IMG/VR virus record: IMGVR_UViG_3300002835_000018
Length of the DNA: 64,000 nt
Direction: 5' to 3' (one strand)
DNA from: a virus
The translations under genes and the position numbers were made by a program. Shown here piece after piece: positions 13,286-24,800 of this stretch (the stretch's first letter is position 1; each line of letters starts with the position of its first letter). The notes below the pieces were generated by a model. It was not told where the DNA came from, searched no databases, and was given only the letters and a program-made list of their open reading frames with translations.

Positions 13286-15389
13286 TCGGGCATGGATGCT
13301 ATCTGAGCAAGAAATGCTTGCTGTTAGCCCATTGACTGATATCAACGATATTCAAAAAATAGTTGATTTGCCTTTAACAAATATTCATCCATTAAAAAAC
13401 ATTTCCAAATCGGACATGGAAAGATTAGACATTTACTTGCTAAAAGTTATGAGAAATCCAGACTACTTTCCTTTTACATGCAAGCTTTTGTTTGGGATAG
13501 ACATATTTCCTTTTCAGCACATTATACTTAAAGAGCTTTGGAAAAGGCCATTCCCAATGATCATCGCTGGTCGTGGTGCGGGTAAAAGTTATATTCTTGC
13601 ATTATACTCTATGCTCAGACTTTTGTTTACTCAGGGTTGTAAGATTGCAATCATAGGCAAAGTATTTAGGCAGAGTAAAGTTATATTTGAATACATGGAA
13701 GGTCTATGGGCGAATGGCGTTATCTATAGAGATATATGTGGTGTTGGTAAAGGAAGAAATAATAGAGATCAAGGCCCAAGACGAGATATAGATAGATGTG
13801 AAATGATTGTTGGTGAAAGTGTTGCTATGGCATTGCCATTGGGAACAGGTGAAAAGATTAGAGGTCAAAGAGCTAACTATACAGTTTGTGACGAGTTCGC
13901 TTCTATTAGAGAAGACATTTATCAAAATGTGGTAAGAGGTTTTTCTAGCGTAGCATCTAATCCAAGTGAGAAAGTTCATAGGCAAGCAAAAATAAGATTG
14001 ATGAAACAGCTTGGTGTTTGGACCGATGAAGATGAAGCACAGGAAAGCAAAATACTTAGAAGCAACCAGAACATTGTTGCTGGTACTGCCTACTATTCTT
14101 TTAATCACTTCTATAAAACATGGGCGAATTATAAAAGGATAATTGAAAGCAATGGCGAAAAAAAGGCTCTAGAAGAAATTTTTCAAGGGGCAATACCAAC
14201 TGGGTTTGACTGGAGAGATTATTCTATAATAAGACTTCCAGTAGAAATACTTCCTGTTGGTTTTATGGATGCCAAACAGATAACATCTGCTAGAATAAAT
14301 AGTACGAAAGCGAATTATCTAATCGAGTATGGTGCTACATTTGCTACTGATTCTGATGGTTTTTTTAAACGAAGTTTAATTGAATCTTGTATTGTTGGAA
14401 AGCCAGAAAGCCCAATAAGTTTAGCAGATGGAGAAATAGTCTTCCATGCTTCTTTACTTGGTGATGGCTCTGTACAACATGTTATGGCAATCGATCCAGC
14501 TTCTGAAAGAGATAATTTTGCTGTAATTGTGTTGGCTTTACATGCAGATCATAGAAGAATAGTTTACTGTTGGACAACTAATAGAAGTGCGTTTAAACAA
14601 AAAATGAACAAGGGTATTGCAAAAGAAAAAGATTTTTACAGTTACTGCTGTAGAAAAATCAGGGATTTAACAAAAGCCTTTCCGAATATGGTGAGAATAG
14701 CACTTGATAGTCAAGGTGGCGGTGTTGCCATAGAGGAAGGTTTACAAGACCCAAATAGAATTAATGAGGCAGAATCACCAATATATAGAGTTATAGAAGC
14801 CAACAAATCAAAAGACACAGATGATAAGCGTGGTGAGCATATTCTTCAAATGATTAATTTTGCAGATGGCAATTGGGTTTTAGAGGCTAATCATGGTCTT
14901 CGTAAAGATATGGAAGATAAAGTTTTACTTTTCCCATTCTTTGATCCAGTATCAATAACTCTTGCAGAAGAAGAAGATATTGCTGCTGGAAGAAAAGAAG
15001 ATTTAACAAATTTGTATGATACGCTAGAAGATTGTGTTATGGATATAGAAGAGTTAAAAGACGAATTGGCCAGCATCGTTCATACACAAACTGTTGCTGG
15101 AAGAGATCGTTGGGATACTCCAGAAAGTAGAGATGTTGATGGTAAAAAAAGCAGGATTAGGAAAGATAGGTATTCTGCTCTTTTGATGGCAAACATGGTT
15201 GGAAGAATGTTTCAAAGGATTGAAGTTCAAGAAGAATATATACAAGCTGGTGGTTTTGCATCATCTGTAGAGACTAAGAACAATGGTGGACCTATGTATA
15301 TTGGTCCAGAATGGTTTAAACAAGCTACGAAGAATAGTGCTAGTTATGGTACAGTTATCCCTACAAGGTGTAATAATATTTTAGAGTAA
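13251..15389 (+). CDS. terL: Terminase large subunit
   Basis: Walker A AGRGAGKS, KIRGQRA, Walker B TVCDEFA, nuclease AIDPAS...D and KDRYSAL. Confidence 0.9.
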   Translation: MKDQEKLKSIIDRAWMLSEQEMLAVSPLTDINDIQKIVDLPLTNIHPLKNISKSDMERLDIYLLKVMRNPDYFPFTCKLLFGIDIFPFQHIILKELWKRPFPMIIAGRGAGKSYILALYSMLRLLFTQGCKIAIIGKVFRQSKVIFEYMEGLWANGVIYRDICGVGKGRNNRDQGPRRDIDRCEMIVGESVAMALPLGTGEKIRGQRANYTVCDEFASIREDIYQNVVRGFSSVASNPSEKVHRQAKIRLMKQLGVWTDEDEAQESKILRSNQNIVAGTAYYSFNHFYKTWANYKRIIESNGEKKALEEIFQGAIPTGFDWRDYSIIRLPVEILPVGFMDAKQITSARINSTKANYLIEYGATFATDSDGFFKRSLIESCIVGKPESPISLADGEIVFHASLLGDGSVQHVMAIDPASERDNFAVIVLALHADHRRIVYCWTTNRSAFKQKMNKGIAKEKDFYSYCCRKIRDLTKAFPNMVRIALDSQGGGVAIEEGLQDPNRINEAESPIYRVIEANKSKDTDDKRGEHILQMINFADGNWVLEANHGLRKDMEDKVLLFPFFDPVSITLAEEEDIAAGRKEDLTNLYDTLEDCVMDIEELKDELASIVHTQTVAGRDRWDTPESRDVDGKKSRIRKDRYSALLMANMVGRMFQRIEVQEEYIQAGGFASSVETKNNGGPMYIGPEWFKQATKNSASYGTVIPTRCNNILE
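15367..15377 (+). promoter_or_regulatory. Late promoter box GGTGTAATAAT (portal)
   Basis: Motif recurs just upstream of late genes. Confidence 0.7.
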
Positions 15390-15416
15390 TCAGATTACAA
15401 TCAGATTAGGTGAAAT

Positions 15417-17558
15417 ATGTCAGAAGAAAAACCGTTATTTGTTACTTGGGATGAAAATGATCCAAAATCAAAAGAGGCAGCATTTGCAAAATCTGCGTAT
15501 GTTGATTCACTTCATCATACTTCTAAGGCTGGCACAGCTTTTCAAAATATATTACCCGGAAATGTCTCTATTCGTGAATCATTTGATCGTAGGGATTATG
15601 ACTTTTTTAGACCAGGCGAAAGCATACCTACTTTAGAAAAAGATATTATTTCTGCATGTATGCAAGCATATGAGCGTATAGGCATAGTTCGTAATGTAAT
15701 AGATATGATGGCAGAATTTGCTTGTCAGGGCATTGATCTTGTTCATCCAAATGAAAAGATACAAACTTTTTATAGAGAATGGTTTTCAAAAATAAATGGG
15801 GCAGAAAGAACTGAGCGTATTTTAAATATGCTTTATAGATCTGGTAATGTGATTGTAAAGAGATCAACTGCAAAGTTAAAAAATGCAGATGTTGAAAACC
15901 TACAAAAAGGTTTAGCAGCAGACATACCAGTTGGAGAATCAATATCATCTCCTAAAAATGAAATACCTTGGGGATATACCATATATAACCCAGTGACCAT
16001 AGAAGTTTTTGGCGAAGAATTAGTTCCATTTCTTGGGCCAAATTCATTTAGGTATGGCGTTAGAATTCCAGAATCTTTGCTGAAAAAAATAAAAAATCCA
16101 AAAGATACTATTGAAAAAGATTTGGTTGCTGGAATTTCTTTGCAGAGTTTAACATCTGTATCTCAGGGCGGTAAAGCTTTACCTCTTCCAGCAGATAAGA
16201 CTAGTGCTATTTATTATAAAAGAGATGATTGGCAAGTTTGGGCAAGGCCCATGACATATTGCATACTTGAAGACTTAATGATGCTTAAGAAGATGAAGCT
16301 TGCAGATCTTGCAGCATTAGATGGTGCTGTTAGTCATATTCGTGTGTGGAAATTAGGCTCGCTTGAACACAAGATTTTGCCAACTGAAACAGCCATAGGT
16401 CGTTTGGCAGACATGCTTATGAACAATGTTGGTGGTGGTTCAATAGATTTAATTTGGGGTCCAGAATTAGATTTTAAAGAAACATCAACTGATGTTGCAG
16501 CTTTTTTAGGCGAAGAAAAATACAAGCCAATTTTAAATGCAATATTTGCTGGATTGGGTATACCCCCATCTTTAACTGGTTTACCAGCAGGGCAAGGATT
16601 TTCAAATAATTATATCAGCTTAAGAACGCTGATTGAAAGACTTGATTATGGTCGCTCTTTAATGATTGCGTTTTGGGATAAAGAAATCAAGCTTGTTCAA
16701 CAGGCTATGGGATTTAAAGTTCCAGCCCAAATTGTATTTGACCAACATACACTTTCTGATGAAGCTGCTGAAAAAAGATTGCTTATTGATCTTATGGATC
16801 GTGATCTTATTAGCGAAGAAGCAATTCAAGAAAGGTTTGATCTTATTCCTGAGATTGAAACCGTCAGAAGAAAGCGTGAAATGCGTAAACGAGAAAGTGG
16901 TAAAATACCTAAGAAAGCTGGACCTTGGCATAATCCACAAGTTGAAGATGATCTTAAAAAGATGTGGGTTCAAATGGGTATAATGTCACCAAAAGATTTT
17001 GGTATAGATGTTCAAACTCCAGCACCTGTGATTGATCAACCTAAACCAACTACAGAAGATAATTCTCAAAGTCCAAAAGGAATTTCTGGACAAGGAAGAC
17101 CAGTTGGCGTTAAAGATTCTGAAAAAAGAAAAAAGAAAGTCATTGTTCCAAAAACTGCTGCTAGATTAGTAGATACAATGGCATGGGCAGAGCTTTGTCA
17201 AAAAAATATATCTGAGCATGTTAACGCTGCTTATTTATCTTCTTTAAACAAAAAAAATCTTAGAGAGCTTTCATCTCAAGAATTTGAAAGCTTAGAAAAA
17301 ACAAAGTTCCATATACTCTGCCAAATTGAAGCAGACCAAAAAGTAGACAAGGATTTAATTAAAGGAATAATATCTACAAATATGGAAATACCTTTAAAAA
17401 TAAGAACTATTGTCAGTATAGCAACTAAAAAATACATAGAAAAAGAAGGTACTCAACCAAATACTGAAATGAGAAGAAAGATTGAGGCATCATCAATAGC
17501 GATTTACAGAGTAAATGAGATGCCATATGAAAACGGTGATACTGATAACATTGCATAG
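15417..17558 (+). CDS. Portal protein
   Basis: 713 aa directly after terL; IVRNVIDMMAEF, IFAGLGIP and GRP tail pattern. Confidence 0.8.
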   Translation: MSEEKPLFVTWDENDPKSKEAAFAKSAYVDSLHHTSKAGTAFQNILPGNVSIRESFDRRDYDFFRPGESIPTLEKDIISACMQAYERIGIVRNVIDMMAEFACQGIDLVHPNEKIQTFYREWFSKINGAERTERILNMLYRSGNVIVKRSTAKLKNADVENLQKGLAADIPVGESISSPKNEIPWGYTIYNPVTIEVFGEELVPFLGPNSFRYGVRIPESLLKKIKNPKDTIEKDLVAGISLQSLTSVSQGGKALPLPADKTSAIYYKRDDWQVWARPMTYCILEDLMMLKKMKLADLAALDGAVSHIRVWKLGSLEHKILPTETAIGRLADMLMNNVGGGSIDLIWGPELDFKETSTDVAAFLGEEKYKPILNAIFAGLGIPPSLTGLPAGQGFSNNYISLRTLIERLDYGRSLMIAFWDKEIKLVQQAMGFKVPAQIVFDQHTLSDEAAEKRLLIDLMDRDLISEEAIQERFDLIPEIETVRRKREMRKRESGKIPKKAGPWHNPQVEDDLKKMWVQMGIMSPKDFGIDVQTPAPVIDQPKPTTEDNSQSPKGISGQGRPVGVKDSEKRKKKVIVPKTAARLVDTMAWAELCQKNISEHVNAAYLSSLNKKNLRELSSQEFESLEKTKFHILCQIEADQKVDKDLIKGIISTNMEIPLKIRTIVSIATKKYIEKEGTQPNTEMRRKIEASSIAIYRVNEMPYENGDTDNIA

Positions 17559-18273
17559 AAGGTACTATGAATTTGTTAATTCGATAAAAAATATTAAATC
17601 TAAAAGTATCTTTGCAAATAATTTTCCAAGCATATTTGTAGTTTGGGCAGATCCAGAACCAAGTAGATATTGGTTATTGAATGAATTGATTGAAGATAAA
17701 ATAATAGAATTATTAATAACAAGACATGTTTTACCAAGAGAAAATTTAAAGGTAGCAACAACTTTTTATGAGGCGAATAACATAAGACTTGGTTTAGAAA
17801 ATGTCTTTAGGACTTATCCAAATTCTTTCTGCATAGTTCAAGCATCAGATATAATTATAACTAATTATGGTTTTGATTTAATGATAAATGAAATGAATCG
17901 TGGTGCAAACGGTGTTGTTTTTTATTGGTCGCCAGATGCATTTCACACAAACTGTTTTGCTATATGTAGTAATAAAGATTATTGGCCTCCTTTTGTAAAA
18001 AAAAATGATCCAAACATATTAGAATTAATATGGAAAAGAAGTTTAGCCTCTAAAAAAATAGATAATTTTTTAACAGCAATGTCTAATTATAACAGAATAG
18101 CTTTTGAGCATGATCATATTTCAGAGAACATGATTCCGTTTCCTATAAAATATATTCCAAAAAACACTACAATTAATTGTTATGTTTCTGGTAGTATGAG
18201 TTTTATCAGAATTGTTTTGAATTTTTTTCGGTGTATTATTTTAGGAGATTGTAATGGCAAAAATAATTGTTAA
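17527..18273 (+). CDS. GT-A-fold glycosyltransferase-like protein
   Basis: KTVILITLHRR...IFVVWAD...NNIRLGL...CIVQASDI pattern; lower-GC, insertion-like gene in the head module. Confidence 0.45.
   Translation: MKTVILITLHRRYYEFVNSIKNIKSKSIFANNFPSIFVVWADPEPSRYWLLNELIEDKIIELLITRHVLPRENLKVATTFYEANNIRLGLENVFRTYPNSFCIVQASDIIITNYGFDLMINEMNRGANGVVFYWSPDAFHTNCFAICSNKDYWPPFVKKNDPNILELIWKRSLASKKIDNFLTAMSNYNRIAFEHDHISENMIPFPIKYIPKNTTINCYVSGSMSFIRIVLNFFRCIILGDCNGKNNC
18230..18240 (+). promoter_or_regulatory. Late promoter box GGTGTATTATT
   Basis: Directly before the AGGAG RBS of ORF 18254. Confidence 0.7.
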
Positions 18274-18505
18274 TTATGATACTAAAAAATCTAAATTGGA
18301 ATTTTATTTTAATAATTCTGAAATAGAAGACATATTTTCAATATTTATTTATAGGGATATAACTAACAGTTATAAATACACAATGGAAATTGTGAGCGAT
18401 GATGGAAGACAAACTATAAAAAATGGCGAAATAGTATCACACAAAAATTCTGATTTATTTTTGAAGAAATTTTTAAACGCTATTGAGGTACAGAACAATG
18501 AATAA
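18254..18505 (+). CDS. Hypothetical protein
   Basis: 83 aa; AGGAG RBS. Confidence 0.65.
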   Translation: MAKIIVNYDTKKSKLEFYFNNSEIEDIFSIFIYRDITNSYKYTMEIVSDDGRQTIKNGEIVSHKNSDLFLKKFLNAIEVQNNE

Positions 18506-19934
18506 TATAGCTATTTACAAAGCCGAAATAGAAGATGGTTTAAAAGACAAGATTTCTTCTAGTCTTACAATATCGTCTTGTGTAGCAATAGAAGACTGCA
18601 TTCCTTTTGAGGTTTCAGATTATAAAGCAATTGCTGAAAATAAAGGGCAAGTAGATTTACATTATTTAAAATCTATTCTTGTTACAACTGGTTGGAACAA
18701 AAACGATGATGTTTTTGATCGTGCAGAAGTTTGGGTGGCAAGAACTAGTCCAGAAGATAAGCCTTTCAATTATGAGCATGATCAAAGTCAAATAATCGGC
18801 CATATAACATCTTGCAATGCAATTAATGTTGATGGCAGTAAAATACCTGACGGTATCACAATAGACGAACTGCCTTCTAAATTTCACATTGCAACATCTG
18901 CTGTTCTTTACAAATATTGGGAAGATGCAGAAAAACAACAAAGAATGAATGAGATTCTTTCTGAAATTTCGCAGGGGAAATGGTTTGTTTCAATGGAAGC
19001 TTTATTTACCGCTTTTGACTATGCAATAATCGAAGGTGCAAATTCTAGAGTTGTAGCAAGAAATGAAGAAACAGCATTTTTAACCAAATATCTTAGGTCT
19101 TATGGCGGTAATGGCGTATATAAAGATATGAAAATTGGTAGGCTGTTAAAGAATATTACATTCTCTGGTAATGGTCTTGTTCGCAAGCCAGCTAATCCAG
19201 AAAGTGTTATTTTTCAAGAAACAGAAGCTTTTAAATCAAATTCGGGGTATCATTTAGGTGAGACTATAGTTTCAAAGGAGATAGATCAAATGAAAGATAA
19301 TGAGAATCAATTTGAGGACATGCAAAAACAACTTGAAGACCTCAATGTTTCGTTGGCTGAAGCCAATAAGAAAGTTGAAGATTTTCATGCTGAATCTGGC
19401 ATGTTAAACAAAGAAAAAGAAAACATGGCCAATCAATTGGCAGAAGCTAAAAAGATGCTTGAAGAACTCAAGACTTCTTATGATGCTGTGTCCAATGAAC
19501 TTGGCACTATGAAGAAAGACAAAAAAGCAAATGACCGTCTTTCTATGGTAATGGAAAAGATGGGCATGAATAAAGATGAGGCTATTAATGTAGTCAACTC
19601 TTTAGAATCTCTTGCTGATGAAGCTTTTGCTTCAAGCGTAAGCTATCAGTCAGAGTACATGAACAAAAAAATGTCTGAGTATAAAAAAGCTGGTTCTGAA
19701 GTAGAAGTCGAAATTGAAACTAAAGATCCTTCTGAAAAGAAGGATATGAAGAATCAAGAAGAAGACAATATGGAAGAAGATCCAGCAGCTAGTAAAGCCT
19801 CAATTTCCGTTTTGGATACCGCAGAAGTTAAGAATGATGCTGCTCTTGCAACTTCTGAGGTGGCTAGTGAAGTCAGACAAGTAGCATCGCAAATTGCTTC
19901 GTATTTTGGTTTAGACAAACACGCCACAGCATAA
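18498..19934 (+). CDS. Prohead protease fused to a coiled-coil scaffold
   Basis: NKNDDVF, PFNYEHD...IIGH, VSMEA and GLVRKPANP in the N-half; acidic coiled coil in the C-half; located two genes before the capsid. Confidence 0.75.
   Translation: MNNIAIYKAEIEDGLKDKISSSLTISSCVAIEDCIPFEVSDYKAIAENKGQVDLHYLKSILVTTGWNKNDDVFDRAEVWVARTSPEDKPFNYEHDQSQIIGHITSCNAINVDGSKIPDGITIDELPSKFHIATSAVLYKYWEDAEKQQRMNEILSEISQGKWFVSMEALFTAFDYAIIEGANSRVVARNEETAFLTKYLRSYGGNGVYKDMKIGRLLKNITFSGNGLVRKPANPESVIFQETEAFKSNSGYHLGETIVSKEIDQMKDNENQFEDMQKQLEDLNVSLAEANKKVEDFHAESGMLNKEKENMANQLAEAKKMLEELKTSYDAVSNELGTMKKDKKANDRLSMVMEKMGMNKDEAINVVNSLESLADEAFASSVSYQSEYMNKKMSEYKKAGSEVEVEIETKDPSEKKDMKNQEEDNMEEDPAASKASISVLDTAEVKNDAALATSEVASEVRQVASQIASYFGLDKHATA
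19244..19292 (+). promoter_or_regulatory. Internal late-like box (GGGGTATCATT), AAGGAG RBS and in-frame ATG for a scaffold-only product
   Basis: The ATG at 19290 is in frame and sits at the domain boundary. Confidence 0.55.
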
Positions 19935-19947
19935 GGAGAGAAATCTA

Positions 19948-20418
19948 ATGGCAATTAAACCAGACCGCTTGATTAATGAAACCGACATTTCGTTGGTTTG
20001 TAATGATGTCCACGAAAAAGGCACAGTTCTTATTTATGGAACTGCTGCTTCTGGTGCTGGCATTGTAACCCCAGGTCTTTGCAGCTATCTATCTGGTAGT
20101 CCTTCGGGCTATAAGGTTGCTGGCCTTAGCTTGGCAAACTTTGTTGACATTGATCAAACAAGGGTTCACCGTAACTTTCACAAAGATGAACAAGTAATTG
20201 GCGAAAAAGCACCACTTCTTCGAAAAGGTTATGTTGTTACTGATAAAGTAACTGGTAACCCTACCGTTGGTGACAAGGCTTATTTGACAGTTAGTGGTTT
20301 GTTAACCCCAACTGTTTCCGCTAGTGGTGGTGAAGTTGCCACTCCTAGAGTTGGAACTTTTGCTGGTGCAAAAGACGAAAACGGTTATGTTAAAGTTTAT
20401 GTTGAACTTCCAAACTAA
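19948..20418 (+). CDS. Head decoration / minor capsid protein
   Basis: 156 aa, Gly/Val-rich, between scaffold and capsid; strong RBS. Confidence 0.65.
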   Translation: MAIKPDRLINETDISLVCNDVHEKGTVLIYGTAASGAGIVTPGLCSYLSGSPSGYKVAGLSLANFVDIDQTRVHRNFHKDEQVIGEKAPLLRKGYVVTDKVTGNPTVGDKAYLTVSGLLTPTVSASGGEVATPRVGTFAGAKDENGYVKVYVELPN

Positions 20419-20435
20419 TAAGGAGAGATAAGAAC

Positions 20436-21428
20436 ATGAAAAAGCCAACACCCGAAATGATTGAATTGCTTAAACAGTCTGGAAGCAATCAATTTGAACA
20501 TGCGACTGCTGCTCAAGCCGAACTTGCAAAGGCACTAACCCTTCCTTTGCGACAAGGCGTTCTCAACGGTGACATCATTGGTGGCATCTTTGAACCTATC
20601 AATTTCCAGCCAGGTACATCTATTGAATTCCCATTAGATTTCCTTGCTCCTGGTTCTGAAAAAGATTTCGTTGCTTATACGATTCCTTCTCAGGGCAAGA
20701 TTCCAGAACGACATGTTGAAGGTGACTTCGTAATGGTTCCAACTTTCGAAGTTGGTTCTTCTATCGATTTCTCCTTGCGATATGCTAGGGATGCTCGTTG
20801 GGATCTAGTTGGTCGTGCTCTTCAAGTTCTTGAAGCCTCCTTTGTTCGTAAAATGAACAACGATGGCTGGCACACTATCCTCGCTGCTGGTGTAGGTCGT
20901 GGAATTGGCGTTTATGACGCTGCTGCCACAGATGGCGTTTTCAGCAAGAGGCTTGTAGCTCTTATGAAAACCTCTATGCGTAGGAATGGTGGTGGTAATA
21001 GCACTTCCATTAATCGTGGTAAGCTTACTGACCTATATCTCTCTCCAGAATCTATGGAAGATGTTCGTAGTTGGGATATTGGTGAAGCTGACGATTTCAC
21101 AAGGCGTGAAATCTTCGTAAGTCAAGACTATGGTTTGACCAAAGTTTTTGGCGTAAACCTTCACGACATCGATGAACTCGGTGTTGGTCAAGCTTACAAT
21201 GACTACTATGAAAATGTTCTTAGCGGAACTTTTTCTGACGGCAAATTGGAAATTGCTGTTGGTCTTGATCTTGAAAAATCAGATAGCTTTGTTATGCCTG
21301 TTCGTCAGGATATCGAAGTATTTGAAGACCCAACTTTCCATCGTCAGCGTAGAATGGGCATGTATGGTTTCGGAGAACACGGCTTCGCTGTTCTTGATAA
21401 CCGTAGGGTGCTAATTGGTCAACTCTAA
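20436..21428 (+). CDS. Major capsid protein
   Basis: 330 aa; position, strong RBS, biased codon use and a following terminator. Confidence 0.85.
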   Translation: MKKPTPEMIELLKQSGSNQFEHATAAQAELAKALTLPLRQGVLNGDIIGGIFEPINFQPGTSIEFPLDFLAPGSEKDFVAYTIPSQGKIPERHVEGDFVMVPTFEVGSSIDFSLRYARDARWDLVGRALQVLEASFVRKMNNDGWHTILAAGVGRGIGVYDAAATDGVFSKRLVALMKTSMRRNGGGNSTSINRGKLTDLYLSPESMEDVRSWDIGEADDFTRREIFVSQDYGLTKVFGVNLHDIDELGVGQAYNDYYENVLSGTFSDGKLEIAVGLDLEKSDSFVMPVRQDIEVFEDPTFHRQRRMGMYGFGEHGFAVLDNRRVLIGQL

Positions 21429-21441
21429 GACCATGTTTTTT

Positions 21442-21484
21442 AAAAAAAATAGCGACTCCAGTATTTACTGGGGTCGTTTTTTTT
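21442..21484 (+). terminator. Intrinsic (probably bidirectional) terminator
   Basis: A-run, GCGACTCCAGTA-TT-TACTGGGGTCGT, T-run. Confidence 0.85.
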
Positions 21485-21522
21485 AATACAATAGCACAGG
21501 ATAAAATCTTAAGGAGAGTGCT

Positions 21523-21774
21523 ATGAGTAAAGAACCTAATATTTTTGAAAAAGCTGCCAATTTTGCAAAGGCTGCTGTTAAGCATGTTGCTTCTGGTATG
21601 CCAAAAGTTTCAGACGAGCAATTAAAAATTAGGCTTGATGTTTGTGACACATGTCCAGAAGTTAATAAAGATAGCCCAAATTGGACATGCACAAAGTGTG
21701 GGTGCAACTTGAAGATAAAAGCTAGTTGGGCTACTCAAGATTGCCCCATTAAAAAGTGGCCAGCCATTACTTAA
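21523..21774 (+). CDS. Small Cys-rich (Zn-finger-like) protein
   Basis: RLDVCDTCP...CTKCGC..K......CPIKKW. Confidence 0.7.
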   Translation: MSKEPNIFEKAANFAKAAVKHVASGMPKVSDEQLKIRLDVCDTCPEVNKDSPNWTCTKCGCNLKIKASWATQDCPIKKWPAIT

Positions 21775-21779
21775 AAGAT

Positions 21780-21790
21780 GGTGTATTTAT
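21780..21790 (+). promoter_or_regulatory. Late promoter box GGTGTATTTAT
   Basis: Intergenic, before the GGAG RBS of the fibre gene. Confidence 0.75.
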
Positions 21791-21808
21791 CTTTGGAGAA
21801 AATAAAAT

Positions 21809-24800
21809 ATGCATTTCCAAAGAAACATAACAAGAATACAAGATCAAGACGACTTTTCTGGAGTACCAGCCTCTGGACAAGCCGTTTTTTTTGATGGTGA
21901 AAATTTTATCACATCAGATCTTCTTGGATCGCAAGGTCAACAGGGTTTTCAAGGTTCCCAAGGCTTACAAGGAATGATTGGTGTTCAAGGACATCAAGGA
22001 CAAATGGGTGAACAAGGTCTACAAGGAGATCAAGGTGACCAAGGTAATCAAGGGTCTATTGGTGTTGGGCTTACTTTTCGTGGAGCCTATAACCCTAGTT
22101 CACAATATTATGTAAATGATGTGGTTACATATGGTGGTTCGTCTTGGATTTGCATATCAACTATTGACGGAGTTACCCCTGCGGAAAATAGTTGGTGGAC
22201 AATTTTTGCTGAAAAAGGAACAAATGGATCACAAGGATCACAAGGATTTCAAGGAAGGCAAGGGTTACAAGGTTTACAAGGAAACCAAGGTTTTCAAGGA
22301 AGACAAGGGTTTCAAGGTCATCAGGGAGATCAAGGTTGGCAAGGCCATCAAGGCTTTCAAGGAAGACAAGGTTTTCAAGGCCATCAGGGAGAACAGGGTG
22401 ATCAAGGTCATCAAGGGTTTCAAGGAAGACAAGGTTTTCAAGGTGAACAGGGCAATCAAGGATCACAGGGAGATCAAGGCGATCAAGGATTGCAAGGTGA
22501 ACAAGGCTTACAAGGCTTACAAGGCTTACAAGGCTTACAAGGACACCAAGGCGAACAAGGTTTTCAAGGGGAACAAGGAAATCAAGGTGAACAGGGTTAT
22601 CAAGGCAATCAGGGTGACCAAGGATCACAGGGTGATCAGGGTTTTCAAGGTACAACACCTTTAATTTGCACTACGCAAAACACAGGCGAATATTATTTTC
22701 AAACAGTTGGTGAAAATTATTATCAAAGTCCTATAGCAACAGGTTTATCATTTGGTGCTGGACAAACACTGTCTGTATACGCACCAACTGATAATGTTAT
22801 ACAGTACATGCGAATAACTTCCTATAATCCCACAACAGGGAATATAGTTGCAGTTGTTACGCATTCTTCAAGTCCTGGATTTAAAACATACGACACTCTT
22901 TCAATTTGTCTTGCAGGAAAAGTTGGTGAGCAAGGTAATCAAGGTTACCAAGGACAACAAGGAAACCAAGGACATCAAGGGTTTCAAGGAGAACAAGGTT
23001 TTCAAGGAAATCAGGGTGATCAAGGTTTACAAGGTCACCAAGGTTTTCAAGGTGACCAAGGCTTACAAGGCAATCAAGGATTTCAAGGAGAACAGGGCTT
23101 TCAAGGTAATCAGGGAGAACAAGGTTTCCAAGGCGAACAAGGTAATCAGGGAGATCAAGGAGATCAAGGTTCACAAGGATTTCAAGGAGAACAGGGTGAT
23201 CAGGGTGATCAGGGTTTTCAAGGTGAACAAGGTTTACAAGGAGATCAAGGATCACAGGGAAATCAAGGCGACCAAGGATCGCAGGGCGACCAAGGATTGC
23301 AGGGTGAACAAGGATTTCAAGGAAATCAAGGCGACCAAGGATTTCAAGGAGAACAAGGTCAACAAGGCTCACAAGGAAATCAGGGTGATCAAGGAGATCA
23401 AGGCGACCAAGGTTTTCAAGGAGAACAAGGTGAACAGGGAAATCAAGGAGATCAAGGTAATCAAGGAGAACAGGGTAATCAAGGATCACAAGGGGAACAA
23501 GGTTATCAAGGTTGGCAAGGCGAACAAGGCTCGCAAGGAAATCAGGGAGATCAAGGCGAGCGTGGAATTGCTGCATTGTCTTGGACATACAAGGTAAATA
23601 CAACAACTCTTACAGATCTTGATCCTACTAATGACTATATAAGTTTTAATGCTGATCCTTTTACTTCGGCTACTCAGGTTAAAGTAGATGATAATCCATA
23701 CGGAATAAATACTACCCTACATGATTTATTTTTAAGTATTCAGAGTGGTTATTTAACTTTAACCCATCAAGCCAATCCTTCAACATATGTTACTTATCAA
23801 ATAACTTCTTGCGTAGATGGTACTGCAACAAATGATACTGTAGATGGAAGTTATGTAATATTTAATGTGACACTAGTTAGTACATACGGAGTAATAAATA
23901 ACGAAGATTTTGTTACTCTGTCTATTGGTCTTGTTGGTTCGCAAGGCTATCAGGGTTTTCAAGGGAACCAAGGCTCACAAGGTTATCAAGGATCACAGGG
24001 TAATCAAGGATCACAAGGATCACAAGGAAATCAAGGTGACCAAGGTGACCAAGGTGATCAAGGAGAACAGGGTTCGCAAGGCGATCAAGGTTCACAAGGA
24101 AATCAGGGAGATCAAGGTGGCCAAGGAGAACAAGGTTTTCAAGGTGATCAAGGTGAACAGGGTTTCCAAGGTGATCAAGGATCACAAGGAAATCAGGGAT
24201 TACAAGGTGAACAAGGCAATCAAGGCAATCAAGGCTTTCAAGGTGAACAAGGGTTTCAAGGAAATCAAGGTTATCAAGGTTGGCAGGGTGAACAAGGTTC
24301 TCAAGGTAATCAAGGATCAGATGCATTATGGAATTTCACAGGTGCTTACAGTGGCGGTGCATCGTATGCTATAGGTGATATAGCAACTTATTTAGGGCAA
24401 ACTTGGTATCGCATTCATTCTAATGGTGGCAATCTTGGGGATACGCCCTCAGAAGGAACTTTTTGGACATTGATTGCTCAGAAAGGTGACCAAGGTCAAC
24501 AAGGTTTACAAGGCAATCAGGGTGACCAAGGTTTCCAAGGAGATCAGGGTTTCCAAGGCAATCAAGGTGATCAAGGATTCCAAGGTGAACAGGGATTACA
24601 AGGCGATCAGGGCTATCAAGGGTTTCAAGGAGAACAAGGTTTTCAAGGTGAACAAGGTAATCAGGGAGATCAAGGATTACAAGGTTTTCAAGGCGAACAA
24701 GGCAACCAAGGATTTCAAGGTTTACAAGGATCACAGGGCGATCAAGGATTTCAAGGTGAACAAGGTTTCCAAGGTAATCAGGGCCATCAAGGTTTTCAAG

